This document shows, piece by piece, positions 53,279-62,817 of a stretch of 64,000 bases of DNA; the stretch's first letter is position 1, and each line of letters begins with the position of its first letter. The notes under the pieces were generated by a model. It saw only the letters and a program-made list of their open reading frames with translations, made no database searches and was not told the DNA's origin. This DNA is from a virus (taxonomy: Duplodnaviria > Caudoviricetes): the IMG/VR virus record IMGVR_UViG_3300031993_000015. One strand, given 5' to 3'. Both the position numbers and the translations under genes were made by a program.

Positions 53279-55162
53279 ATGGCTTATTACGATCTTTCAG
53301 GTGGCGCACCCTTCGGCGGAAGGATGAACCCCTTCCGTACATACAGCAACTACATATACCCCAAGAACATAGACCAGGTTCTCATCTGGGCCGAGTGGTT
53401 CTGGGAGCGCAACGCCAAGTACCGCACCTGCATCCAGAAGTGCATCAGCTACTTCGTATCCGGCATCAATGTGATCCAGATGGACAAGAAGGAAGCTGCC
53501 GATTCGCAGGCTGTCGAGTCCCTGCATGACATGCTGGTTGACGAATACGACCTGTTGAATCTCATCAATACGGTCGGTGTGGAACTGGCTGCGATGGGCA
53601 ACGTATTTGTCTCCTGTGAACGCCCGATCAGCCGTTGGCTGCTGTGCCCTGAGTGCGACTGGATGATGGCGCTGCGGCAGCTGACCAGGGGCGTCGAGTT
53701 CGAGTGGGACGGAAAGCAGTTCACGGGAACCTGCCCGAAGTGCGGTCGCAAGGTCGTCTACAACATCCACGACGATCCGACCACGGACGAATACGGCCGC
53801 AAGGTCCGGTTCATCTTCCGTGCTCCGCAGGACATGTTCGTCCAGTACAACCGCCTGACCGACTCTTTCCAGTACTTCTACAAGATTCCGGATGATATCA
53901 AGAACGCCATCAAGCGCGGTGAGATGGCTTATCTGCTGAATACCCCGAAGGCGTTCCTGGATGCCGTGCATCAGGATGGCCTGGTCAAGTTCCCGGAGGA
54001 CATGTTCTTCGCGGCGCGTACCAGAACGCTGACCCCGCTGGACGAACGGTACAAGGGCTGGGGCGTTCCGCTGTTTATGACCAGCTTCGACAATTTCATC
54101 CGGCTGCAGCATCTCGACAAATTCAATGAGGCCGTCACGATGGACTACATCGCGCCGGTCCGTATCATCAGTCCCAGACCGCAGAACATTGCGGCGTCCG
54201 CACACGATCCCAACAGGCTGCCCATCGGCGGCGGTCAGTTCATGTCCTTTATCCAGAACGGCATTCGTCGTGTCAAGGACAACCCGACGACCTGGCTGGT
54301 CAGCCCGACGCCTGTCGAGTACCAACTGATCGGTGGCGAAGCCAAAGAGCTGACACCCGTGGACCTGATGGAATGGTATGTGACCCAGATCCTGTCCGAT
54401 ATGGGGATCCCGCAGGAGTTCCGCCAGACGACTTTCCAGGTCGTTGCGCCGTCTATGGGCATGCGCATGTTCGAGCGCCAGTGGCGGCCGAACACGAAGC
54501 CGATGGATGCGTTCACGCGGTGGGCCGGCGAGAAGATCTGCGACTACGAGAAGTTCGCCAACATGCGTGTCACGCTGGATGTCACCAGCTTCGTCGAAGA
54601 CGACATGAACAAGCAGATGCTGTTCCAGCTGATGACCGGCGGCCAGATCTCCAAGACGAACGTTCTGAAGACACTCGGTGTGGACTTCGAGGAAGATCTC
54701 AAGATGCGCATCAACGAGATGAAGAAAGAGCGCGAGCAGTTCACCAAGGAAGACAAGGCACAGCAGGACCAGGAGATGGTCGGCTCGGTGTTCCCGCCGC
54801 AGGGTATCGCCGGCGTTATGCAGGCGCAGGGTGTCATGGATGCCCAGATGGCTGCGCTGCAGCCACAACAGCCACAGCAGCCCGGAGCCCCGATGGGTCC
54901 TGGCGCACCGGCTGCACCTGCGCCGGTTCCGGCCAGCGACACGGAAGGTGGCGGACAGCCGCTGGGCAGTGTCTGGGAACAGGGTGCGCAGGAAGCGCAG
55001 AGACTCTACAACGCGCCGCCTAACGTCCGCCGTCAGGAACTGGTCAACATGAAGGCGACCAATCCTGAACTGCATGCGGCTGTCACACAGCAGCTCCAGA
55101 ACATGCGCCAGCAGGTCGCTTCGGATGCCGTGGCCCAGTCCCAGATGCCACAGCCGCAGTGA
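53279..55162 (+). CDS. probable portal protein with zinc-ribbon insertion
   Basis: AGGAG RBS; 627 aa; portal-like pattern (helical N-terminus, MGNVFV, GWGVPLF...L..L...DYIAP.RII, GIPQEF, ISK..VL..LGVDFEE); heads the virion gene cluster. Confidence 0.62.
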   Translation: MAYYDLSGGAPFGGRMNPFRTYSNYIYPKNIDQVLIWAEWFWERNAKYRTCIQKCISYFVSGINVIQMDKKEAADSQAVESLHDMLVDEYDLLNLINTVGVELAAMGNVFVSCERPISRWLLCPECDWMMALRQLTRGVEFEWDGKQFTGTCPKCGRKVVYNIHDDPTTDEYGRKVRFIFRAPQDMFVQYNRLTDSFQYFYKIPDDIKNAIKRGEMAYLLNTPKAFLDAVHQDGLVKFPEDMFFAARTRTLTPLDERYKGWGVPLFMTSFDNFIRLQHLDKFNEAVTMDYIAPVRIISPRPQNIAASAHDPNRLPIGGGQFMSFIQNGIRRVKDNPTTWLVSPTPVEYQLIGGEAKELTPVDLMEWYVTQILSDMGIPQEFRQTTFQVVAPSMGMRMFERQWRPNTKPMDAFTRWAGEKICDYEKFANMRVTLDVTSFVEDDMNKQMLFQLMTGGQISKTNVLKTLGVDFEEDLKMRINEMKKEREQFTKEDKAQQDQEMVGSVFPPQGIAGVMQAQGVMDAQMAALQPQQPQQPGAPMGPGAPAAPAPVPASDTEGGGQPLGSVWEQGAQEAQRLYNAPPNVRRQELVNMKATNPELHAAVTQQLQNMRQQVASDAVAQSQMPQPQ

Positions 55163-55170
55163 GGTCTGCC

Positions 55171-57306
55171 ATGACACTGAATGAACTCATCAAGCTCGCC
55201 AACGCCAATCAGGTCCAGCCGATTCAGCCACAACAGCCCCAGCAGCCGCAGCCTCCGAAACCGACAGCTGCGGCTCAGCCATATAACGCGCAGCAGGGTC
55301 AGCCTACTCCGCAGAAGAACGGTTACGGGTACACACGCAGTACATATACTATTCCGCAACAGTATGCCCAGCATCAGAACGCGGACGGCTCGCTCACGAA
55401 GTTCAATCAGCAGGAATACAACGACTGGCAGAATAACGTCAAGAATTGGGAAGCACAGCGCAAGGCTGATCTGGAAGCCCAGGGTATCCAGCTGACGGAT
55501 CAGAACAAGCATCTGTGGAATCATGCGGCGGCTTGGAACTATATCAATCAGAAACGTACCGATGCGCAGGATACCGGTCGTCATTGGTGGAAACCCTGGA
55601 CATGGTTCCAGGATGCTCCGGAGCAGTTCAGGCAGGCAACCAACAACTGGGATCCTGTGGAGATGGAAGCTGCGAAGGCCAGCAGTCAGGGCTATCAGAT
55701 TGGTACGCAGCAGGATATTATGCTGAACCGTGCTGAGCATGCGAAGGTAGCAGATCATTATATCAATAGCCTTGCAAATAAGTTTGTTCTTGGTGATTAT
55801 AAAAATCAAGCCAATAAGGAGTTTGCAAATAGTCTTGTTGATATGGGCGTGGATCCACATGATGCTATAGATACTGTTTTCAAAAGCAATGCCGAAGTCA
55901 TGTTCCAGGATAACACACCTGGTAATGAAAACAGCTGGCGTAATATTCTGCTGCGGGAAGGTGTCGGTCTCGGCGAAGCGTTTTATGGTGCGGATGCGCC
56001 ACAGACATATCTGCTTATGAAGGGTATGGGGCAAATTCCATATGTTGGCAAACACCCATTAGCAGCTACGATAGGTCTCGGTGCTGGTATTCCGTTTGGT
56101 TCCCGTATGGTACAAGCCTATATGACAAACGGGAATCCGCAGGCCGGTCTTTTCTTAGGCATGAACAGTAATAGAGAATACGAGAATCTGTATAGAGACT
56201 GGTACGGTGATGATGCTGCAAATGCGACATTCCAGCTTGGCATGCTACAGAATCAGAACGGAGAATATACAAATGCCTGGGATGTAGAGCACGGCGGTAA
56301 TAATCCTGCAAACTATGCGGAATATACATCATGGGCGGCTGGCAAAGGCTACAGCGGAGATCAGCTCCAGGATCCAGCTGTCATGAAGCAGTGGGTGCAG
56401 CGTTCCATAGACCAGGGAACGCCTGTAGCTGCTATCATGGAAACACCTATGTTCCAGAATCTGACTCCTACTGACAAGGCGCAGTTTGCGGTTGACATGC
56501 TGAAGAACCGTGTGCTTGGTGATACGGGTATGTTCAAGCTGTTGAAACAGAAGTACTGGGATAATATGTCCGAGGCAGAGATGCTCGCGGATGCTATGCG
56601 TAATGACAAGTCCGGTGTTATAGCAGATACCATTGGTGAGTTCTTTGCTATGAACGACACAGCTACTGTTCTCAAGTTCATTGAGATGAACGCTGGTGAT
56701 GGTACTGGTGGATCGGTGGCAGACACGAGTAACCTGTTCAAAGCCTTCCAGGATGGCATGGTTCAGAATCTGAAGAACAACCCAGATCAGACGGGTGCCA
56801 TGATGCAGGGTCTTCTGAATCTTCAGGCAGCGAAGAGTGAAGCAGGTGGTGCAACGCTTGCAAATGACTCACAGGGTGTTGCAGCCATAAAGAAAGCGTT
56901 TACACAGGCGCTTGCAGATCCTGATTTTGTAAACGAGATGTCAGATGACAAATTACTGGAACTTGCTGAACTTTTTGCAAATAACGGTAGCGCTGCTGGT
57001 GGTATGGATATGCTGGGAGATGAATGGGTTGAGCTTGCGAACACAGCCGAAACCAATATCCGAAATAGAGTCAGCGAAGCCTTCTTCAACAATCCACTCA
57101 AGAACGGCCCGAAGATTGCCGGTCTCTGGTTGGCATCCAAAGGTTTCGGCGGGATGGGACAGTTCGCCAGCAACCCGTGGATCTTCTACAGCGTTGCGCT
57201 GTCTTTGCTTCTCGGCGGTGCGCTTATGCTGACCAGTGGCATCGACGAAGATGACGAGGAAGAGGATGACTACCACAGGGCTCTTAAAGACAATCCCTGG
57301 TCATGA
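55171..57306 (+). CDS. putative internal virion/ejection protein with hydrophobic segments
   Basis: GAGGT RBS; MTLNELIKLA leader, Q/P-rich N-terminus, Gly-rich hydrophobic segments and a C-terminal TM-like helix. Confidence 0.65.
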   Translation: MTLNELIKLANANQVQPIQPQQPQQPQPPKPTAAAQPYNAQQGQPTPQKNGYGYTRSTYTIPQQYAQHQNADGSLTKFNQQEYNDWQNNVKNWEAQRKADLEAQGIQLTDQNKHLWNHAAAWNYINQKRTDAQDTGRHWWKPWTWFQDAPEQFRQATNNWDPVEMEAAKASSQGYQIGTQQDIMLNRAEHAKVADHYINSLANKFVLGDYKNQANKEFANSLVDMGVDPHDAIDTVFKSNAEVMFQDNTPGNENSWRNILLREGVGLGEAFYGADAPQTYLLMKGMGQIPYVGKHPLAATIGLGAGIPFGSRMVQAYMTNGNPQAGLFLGMNSNREYENLYRDWYGDDAANATFQLGMLQNQNGEYTNAWDVEHGGNNPANYAEYTSWAAGKGYSGDQLQDPAVMKQWVQRSIDQGTPVAAIMETPMFQNLTPTDKAQFAVDMLKNRVLGDTGMFKLLKQKYWDNMSEAEMLADAMRNDKSGVIADTIGEFFAMNDTATVLKFIEMNAGDGTGGSVADTSNLFKAFQDGMVQNLKNNPDQTGAMMQGLLNLQAAKSEAGGATLANDSQGVAAIKKAFTQALADPDFVNEMSDDKLLELAELFANNGSAAGGMDMLGDEWVELANTAETNIRNRVSEAFFNNPLKNGPKIAGLWLASKGFGGMGQFASNPWIFYSVALSLLLGGALMLTSGIDEDDEEEDDYHRALKDNPWS

Positions 57307-57337
57307 CGCGGAACCTTTTATACATGAGGTATAAATA

Positions 57338-58186
57338 ATGGCACATAATCCGATTTCGACAGGACTTCAGAGATACAAGGCAGTGACCCTCAACCCGATT
57401 GGCCACTCTGCCCTTATGGGCACGACCGCGTTTGGTCTTGGTGCTCTCGGTTGGAATCGCGCCACGGAAACAGCGCGTTCCCTGCTTCGTACTCCGATCC
57501 ATTACATGACAGGCATATCGTACGAGGACTTCGACAAGGAAGTCGATGACATCAAGAAAGACAAGAAGATGAGATACATCATACCAGGCTCTGTCGGGCT
57601 CGGCGTGCTTGGTCTCAGTCTTGCTTTTTGTCACAGACCGAATGAAGAATGGGGCGGTCTTCTTCGCTGGAACGCCAAGCCGAATGGCAAGATGGAGTCC
57701 CACGACATGGGTGGCGGCTACGGATACGTGATGCCCGGCTCCCAGAACCTGACCAAGACAGCATCTGCCATGAACAAGCTGGCGAGCGACATCTTCAATT
57801 ACAGCGGCTATGTTCCGCCTTTCGATTTCAGCCAGCAGGTCAATGTCCCGTACGCCAAACAGGAGTTCTTCTCGAATGATCCGTTCCTGAAGAACGATCC
57901 GTATGCGATGAACTTCGGCAAAGCCATTCTTACCAGTGCTCAGATGCAGAACGGCGCGGCTAATGTACCAATGGGAACCATTTACGACACAGCCGTGGAC
58001 AAGTTCAAGACTAAATTCAGCCTTGGCGGTGTCGTCGGCGTAGCTGCGAAGACGATGTTCGCCAACACTGCAGCGAGACTGTTCACGACTGCTCTCGGAG
58101 CCGTAACAGGTCTGTCCAAGGAGAACCAGGACAGGATCGTTGAAGCCGGAACCTGGGCCGGTGCCATCAAGTCAATTATCAGTTGA
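57338..58186 (+). CDS. putative virion protein with Gly-rich hydrophobic helices
   Basis: GAGGT RBS; internal TKTAS and NKLAS motifs. Confidence 0.7.
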   Translation: MAHNPISTGLQRYKAVTLNPIGHSALMGTTAFGLGALGWNRATETARSLLRTPIHYMTGISYEDFDKEVDDIKKDKKMRYIIPGSVGLGVLGLSLAFCHRPNEEWGGLLRWNAKPNGKMESHDMGGGYGYVMPGSQNLTKTASAMNKLASDIFNYSGYVPPFDFSQQVNVPYAKQEFFSNDPFLKNDPYAMNFGKAILTSAQMQNGAANVPMGTIYDTAVDKFKTKFSLGGVVGVAAKTMFANTAARLFTTALGAVTGLSKENQDRIVEAGTWAGAIKSIIS

Positions 58187-58195
58187 GGAGACGAT

Positions 58196-58540
58196 ATGAA
58201 CATACAAACAGTACGAGATTCGATGGTCAAGCGGGCTGCTATTCCTGGCGTTACTTATGTCGGGAAGCTACTTGGCAGTATGTTTGCTACGGGTTCCGAT
58301 GCAGTTACAAACGGTGCTTTGTATCTGCTCGGTGCTGCTGCAGCATCCGGTATAGGTATCGGCGCCTTTGGTGCGCACATCACGTCCCACGGAAAACAGG
58401 ACGAGGATACGGTAAAGAAAGAGTACGAGAACGAGCGTCTGAAAGCGGATGTCGGCTATGTTGCCAGCCGTCTGGAGGACGAATACAACCGTTCCAAGAC
58501 CGCAACCAAACCGAAAGCCGCGAGAGTCCTGAATGTCTGA
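58196..58540 (+). CDS. putative virion protein with SMVKRA leader and one hydrophobic helix
   Basis: GAGGAG RBS; MNIQTVRDSMVKRAA. Confidence 0.75.
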   Translation: MNIQTVRDSMVKRAAIPGVTYVGKLLGSMFATGSDAVTNGALYLLGAAAASGIGIGAFGAHITSHGKQDEDTVKKEYENERLKADVGYVASRLEDEYNRSKTATKPKAARVLNV

Positions 58541-58994
58541 TACCGTTGATGAACCTATCTGCATAAGCGCAGCCGGTGCGCGACTGCTCACAGAGGATGA
58601 CCTGCCGGGTCGTGAGAAAGAAGACGACGGCAGCATCAAGCTGAGCAACAGCGACGCGCTCTGGTCCTATAGGGAAGAACACAAGATCCAGAATGTGCAG
58701 GTTAAGCAGTCCGATTGCAACCTGCCCATCGCGGATGATGAGACGCTGGCGAAGGCATTCCGGCTGAGTACCGTGCCACACTCCGAGATGTTCTGGCTCT
58801 CACCGGAGGACACGGAAGCACTGGAAAAGTACAACCAGATCATTCAGGCTGCCTATGACGGAAAAGTTATCATAGTAGACGAACAGAAACAATATGATCA
58901 GAGCAAGGGCAAGTTCATGGTGTGGCTCCGTTACGACGAGGTCGGCTGGGAACTCCATCCGCGCTTTGAGTTTATACGAGAGGAGCGAAAATGA
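58533..58994 (+). CDS. hypothetical protein in the virion cluster
   Basis: Overlaps both neighbours; typical codon usage. Confidence 0.72.
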   Translation: MSDTVDEPICISAAGARLLTEDDLPGREKEDDGSIKLSNSDALWSYREEHKIQNVQVKQSDCNLPIADDETLAKAFRLSTVPHSEMFWLSPEDTEALEKYNQIIQAAYDGKVIIVDEQKQYDQSKGKFMVWLRYDEVGWELHPRFEFIREERK

Positions 58995-60034
58995 GCAATC
59001 CAGCTGCAGCATGGGGCGATAGCCGCCAGGGCTCATGGTTCAACACGTTCAACCCGCTCTCGCAGGTCTTTCATCAGACTGACAGGATTCCTGCGTGGTG
59101 GGTCAACAATATGTTTCCGCATACGAAGGGCGGCCAGCGTGCTGCCCATCTGACTTTCAAGGCGGGCGCCGATGCTCTGATGGCCGCCGGCCTGATTGCG
59201 CTGTGGCGCGGGATGTCCCATGTGAATCGTATGTCGGAACTCGCCAAGAGCGATAATCCGGCGAACGGCATGAAATCTCAACTGTCCACAACGTTTGCAG
59301 GATCTCTTGATCCAGAGAAGCAGACGAAGGAGGCATCGGCGGATGCTCCGAATACACTGGGCCAGCCTGCCATTTTCTCAGCAGCTAATGCACTTAGCAC
59401 AGCTCTTCCTATCGGAGCTGTGCTTCTGGCTACCAGCCTTGCTTATAAGGCGACTGATGACTATCTGGACAGCAAGCGGAACAAGGCGCTGGATGCCGCT
59501 ATCGGCAGCAAGGAGAACATTCTGAAGCGCCTTATCAAGACACGTTCCAGACTTGCCAAGGGAAATGCCTCTGATTCCGAGGTTCGCAGAGCGCTCGGTG
59601 GTATGACCAATGAGGATCTGTATGTGAAGCAGGCGGCTCTTGGTAAGCAGGCTGATGGTTTTGTCAGTGGCGCCAAGGATACGATGCGCGGTACAGTTGG
59701 CGGATTCGCTGCTCTGAGCTGTTTGGTTCTGGGTGCCGCTGCGGTCGGTTCCTACTATTACTTCAGCAAGGCGGATGAGAATAACATCCGGTATCGTGCC
59801 ATGAAGAAGGGCCTCAAGGAGTATTCCCGTATGAAGTCTGGATTCACGCCGGTCGCGATCATTCCGACAAAGTCCCGCAAGTTCTTCGCAGACATCGACG
59901 AAGAAACTCCACAGCGCAAGAAGAAAGAAGTTGCGGCGGCACCTGCGCAGGTCACAGCTCCTGTCGAGAGCGTCCGTACGGAACAGCCTGTTCTGACTGA
60001 GACATACAACAAGCCAATTTCACTTACACTGTAA
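58991..60034 (+). CDS. putative virion protein with three hydrophobic helices separated by KxA motifs
   Basis: GAGGAG RBS; TKEAS, VKQAA and GKQAD lie between repeated hydrophobic-helix units. Confidence 0.72.
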   Translation: MSNPAAAWGDSRQGSWFNTFNPLSQVFHQTDRIPAWWVNNMFPHTKGGQRAAHLTFKAGADALMAAGLIALWRGMSHVNRMSELAKSDNPANGMKSQLSTTFAGSLDPEKQTKEASADAPNTLGQPAIFSAANALSTALPIGAVLLATSLAYKATDDYLDSKRNKALDAAIGSKENILKRLIKTRSRLAKGNASDSEVRRALGGMTNEDLYVKQAALGKQADGFVSGAKDTMRGTVGGFAALSCLVLGAAAVGSYYYFSKADENNIRYRAMKKGLKEYSRMKSGFTPVAIIPTKSRKFFADIDEETPQRKKKEVAAAPAQVTAPVESVRTEQPVLTETYNKPISLTL

Positions 60035-60052
60035 ATATAGGAGTTACAACTC

Positions 60053-61747
60053 ATGAATCTCAATCGCATTCACAAGAGCATGCTCAAGCGGGCAGACTTT
60101 CTCGATGAGCTGAAATATTATGCCAAAGGTCTTGGCATGTTGAGCAGCGATGACGTCGCTGATGCTTACAAGAACTCAATCGACAATCTCAGTACTGGCA
60201 TGGCGAATGCGTATACTGGGACTCGTGACGCAATCAACAATGGTGCGCAGGCCGTCGCCAATACATACAACGGCGCTGTCGATAACCTGGCGACTGGTAT
60301 GGCGAATGCCTACACGGGAACTCGCGATGCTGTGAACCGTGCTGGCCAGGCTATCGCTGACACTTACAATGGCGCGGTTGATAACCTGTCCACTGGCATG
60401 GCGAACGCATACATCGGCGGCCGTGATGCGATTAACCGTGGAGCCCAGGCTGTCGGCGATGCATACAACGGAGCCGTGGACAACCTTTCCACCGGAATGG
60501 CGAATGCCTATCTTGGCGGCCGCGACATGGTCAACCAGGCTGGTCAGGCCATCAACAACGGAATCAATGCCGCCAAGCAGACAGGTCAACAGATCGCTGA
60601 TGAAGCCAAGTATTATGGCAAAGGTCTTGGCATGATGGATGCCAATGACATGACGGCGGGTATCAACCAGTTCTACAACGCGGCCAGCGATGCGGCTGCT
60701 CCCGCAATCAACGCCGGACAGCAGGCTGTTCAGGCTGGTCGTACTGCCGTCGGAAACGCCAGAGATGCCGCCGGTCAGGCGATCAATCGTGGCGCACAGG
60801 CTGTGAACAATACCTACAACAGCATGATGAACAGAGGTCAGCAGCTCTGGGATTCCGCGAAGCAGAAAGGTCAGCAGATCGCTGATGATCTGCGATACAC
60901 CGGCCAGGGCCTCGCGATGGATGCCCAGGATACCTGGAATGATATGAAGCGCACTGGTCAGGATGTCCGCAGAATGGCTGGAAACGAAGCCAGAGCGGCG
61001 GGCCAGGCCATCAACAATGGTGTGCAGGCTGTGAATAACGGCATGCAGGCTGTGAACAATGGTATCCAGGCTGGTGTCAATGCCGGTGTCAACGCCGGTC
61101 GTGCTGCTGGCCAGGCTGTCCAGAACGGTGTCCAGGCTGCAGGTAACGCCGTCGGCAACGCCTACGACAAGGCTTCCGACTGGATGTCCGGCGCCATGTA
61201 CGGCAACACCTACCGCAACGCGATGAACTCCATGCAGGATGCGCAGAACGCTCGTGTCAATCCGAGCTACGCTGACAACCCGGCCATCCGCCGTCGCGCC
61301 TCTGACGAAAACGTCCGTCAGATGCAGCAGTACATGCAGCCGCAGATCGCGGCCGAGAACAACGATCAGGCGATGCAGCAGTGGGCGCAGGGCATGCAGC
61401 AGATGCAGCGCAACGGCGTCCAGGGTGCCAACCAGTACTCTGCGAACCCGGCTCCCGCTATGGGACGTCTCGGCGGCGCCGGACAGTACATGCAGCAGCG
61501 CCAGAACGCCAACACGAACCTCGGTGGCGCCGGCCAGTACTTCGCCAACCGCGCTCAGGGCATGCGCCGCGACAACGCCAGACAGGGCATGCAGCAGTTC
61601 TGGGGCGGCATGAACCGCCAGATGCAGAACCTGCGCACTCCGCAGCCCGGCGCCAACACGACCGGCAGCTACATGCCTCCGCGCATGGCCAATAACAACA
61701 TGCAGCAGCGCATGAGAAACTTCCAGAACAGCATGCGCCAGTTCTGA
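60053..61747 (+). CDS. low-complexity repeat protein with SMLKRA leader (putative internal virion protein)
   Basis: AGGAG RBS; 33-aa repeats and a Q/N/M/G/A-rich C-terminus. Confidence 0.8.
   Translation: MNLNRIHKSMLKRADFLDELKYYAKGLGMLSSDDVADAYKNSIDNLSTGMANAYTGTRDAINNGAQAVANTYNGAVDNLATGMANAYTGTRDAVNRAGQAIADTYNGAVDNLSTGMANAYIGGRDAINRGAQAVGDAYNGAVDNLSTGMANAYLGGRDMVNQAGQAINNGINAAKQTGQQIADEAKYYGKGLGMMDANDMTAGINQFYNAASDAAAPAINAGQQAVQAGRTAVGNARDAAGQAINRGAQAVNNTYNSMMNRGQQLWDSAKQKGQQIADDLRYTGQGLAMDAQDTWNDMKRTGQDVRRMAGNEARAAGQAINNGVQAVNNGMQAVNNGIQAGVNAGVNAGRAAGQAVQNGVQAAGNAVGNAYDKASDWMSGAMYGNTYRNAMNSMQDAQNARVNPSYADNPAIRRRASDENVRQMQQYMQPQIAAENNDQAMQQWAQGMQQMQRNGVQGANQYSANPAPAMGRLGGAGQYMQQRQNANTNLGGAGQYFANRAQGMRRDNARQGMQQFWGGMNRQMQNLRTPQPGANTTGSYMPPRMANNNMQQRMRNFQNSMRQF
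60165..60560 (+). repeat. four 99-bp (33-codon) coding tandem repeats
   Basis: DNL(S/A)TGMANAY units recur at about 60184, 60283, 60382 and 60481. Confidence 0.85.
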
Positions 61748-61759
61748 TTGGAGGTTCCT

Positions 61760-61867
61760 ATGAATCTTCCAGTCGTTTATACACACATGTCTGTGGTCTC
61801 CAAGGAGATCCCGGACAAGGTCATAAAATCCAAAGTGCGCAACTTCAACGATATTGCGCCAGAGTAA
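61760..61867 (+). CDS. 35-aa hypothetical protein
   Basis: Translated by hand; GGAGGT RBS; fills the gap between virion genes. Confidence 0.5.
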   Translation: MNLPVVYTHMSVVSKEIPDKVIKSKVRNFNDIAPE

Positions 61868-61878
61868 GGAGACTCAAG

Positions 61879-62817
61879 ATGAATATCGAACGAATTAAAA
61901 ATTCGATGCTCAAGACAGCTGCAGCTCATGTCAGCATTTCGTATCCCTGGGTTATCCATAGTGATGGTCGTGTCGAGGGGTATGGACAGGCCCCTACCAT
62001 AACGACAACTGGAATGCCTGACATATCCAATGGTTTTGGTGGTAACACCCAGGACAGTGGAAAATACGATTACGAAGGCAACTACCAATTGCAACGGGCA
62101 GCAGAAGCGGCGGATCGTGCAAGACAGCTGGAACTTTATGGTCCAGCCGACAACATGTCCAAGTACAATGAGATATACAATTCCGCAGTTCCAATGGAGA
62201 AAGCACGTCAGATCAATCAGATCAACGAGATGTCTCTGCAAAATCCCGTTGCAGCTGCTTACAATAAACAGCAGTCATCCAGTATGCTGTCGCCACGACA
62301 GCGTGCTTATAATAACGGTGCGAGGGTTTTGAATACTCTCGGAAGTATGATGGACAGAGGTCTCAATCGTATCGGCGAAATGTACGATGCCAATCTGACC
62401 AGAGCTAAAGAAGCGCAAGGTCTTACACCTGCTCAGATCCATGGACCGTCAGCAGCCGAATATCAAAAGGGTCACGAGATCTACGGCCCAAATGATACTA
62501 CGGGCTTCATGACACCGGTACGCAACTCACCGCTGTGGGAGAAGACACCACAGGACTACGCAAGAGATGCTGAAATGGCCAAGCGCAACAAGAAATGGGA
62601 TGCCCAGAGTAAGAAACGCAGAGCTATTTGGGATGCGCAATCAAGGGCTCGTCAGTTCAAGAGAAACCAAGAACGCTTCGGTAGTTACCTGGATGATGCA
62701 CGCAATGCATGGTCGCCCGAAGAACGTGATCGCGCTTTGATGAAGGCACGTCTCCTGCCCCCAAGAGATGCATCTGATGAGTTTACGCAGCATGTTTGGT
62801 TCCCTGGAGAAATTTGA
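61879..62817 (+). CDS. putative internal virion protein with SMLKTA leader
   Basis: AAGGAG RBS; MNIERIKNSMLKTAA. Confidence 0.75.
   Translation: MNIERIKNSMLKTAAAHVSISYPWVIHSDGRVEGYGQAPTITTTGMPDISNGFGGNTQDSGKYDYEGNYQLQRAAEAADRARQLELYGPADNMSKYNEIYNSAVPMEKARQINQINEMSLQNPVAAAYNKQQSSSMLSPRQRAYNNGARVLNTLGSMMDRGLNRIGEMYDANLTRAKEAQGLTPAQIHGPSAAEYQKGHEIYGPNDTTGFMTPVRNSPLWEKTPQDYARDAEMAKRNKKWDAQSKKRRAIWDAQSRARQFKRNQERFGSYLDDARNAWSPEERDRALMKARLLPPRDASDEFTQHVWFPGEI

Noticed and set aside
53297-55177. 626-aa minus-strand ORF (likewise 60176-61786, 36356-37609, 17459-18472, 2974-3939 and other long antisense ORFs)
   Set aside because: These are shadows of + strand genes with strong codon bias; they have no RBS, no recognisable motifs and atypical composition.
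57318-57337. T4-like late promoter TATAAATA, and loose YTRTAW motifs upstream of structural genes (e.g. 17653, 31729, 35121, 53255, 60029)
   Set aside because: TATAAATA abuts the ATG and lies downstream of the RBS; the looser motif is too short to separate from AT-rich intergenic background by eye.
60165-60560. Regular direct repeats as a possible CRISPR array
   Set aside because: The 99-bp in-frame coding repeats vary at synonymous sites and have no unique spacers. No CRISPR array or cas gene was seen in the window.
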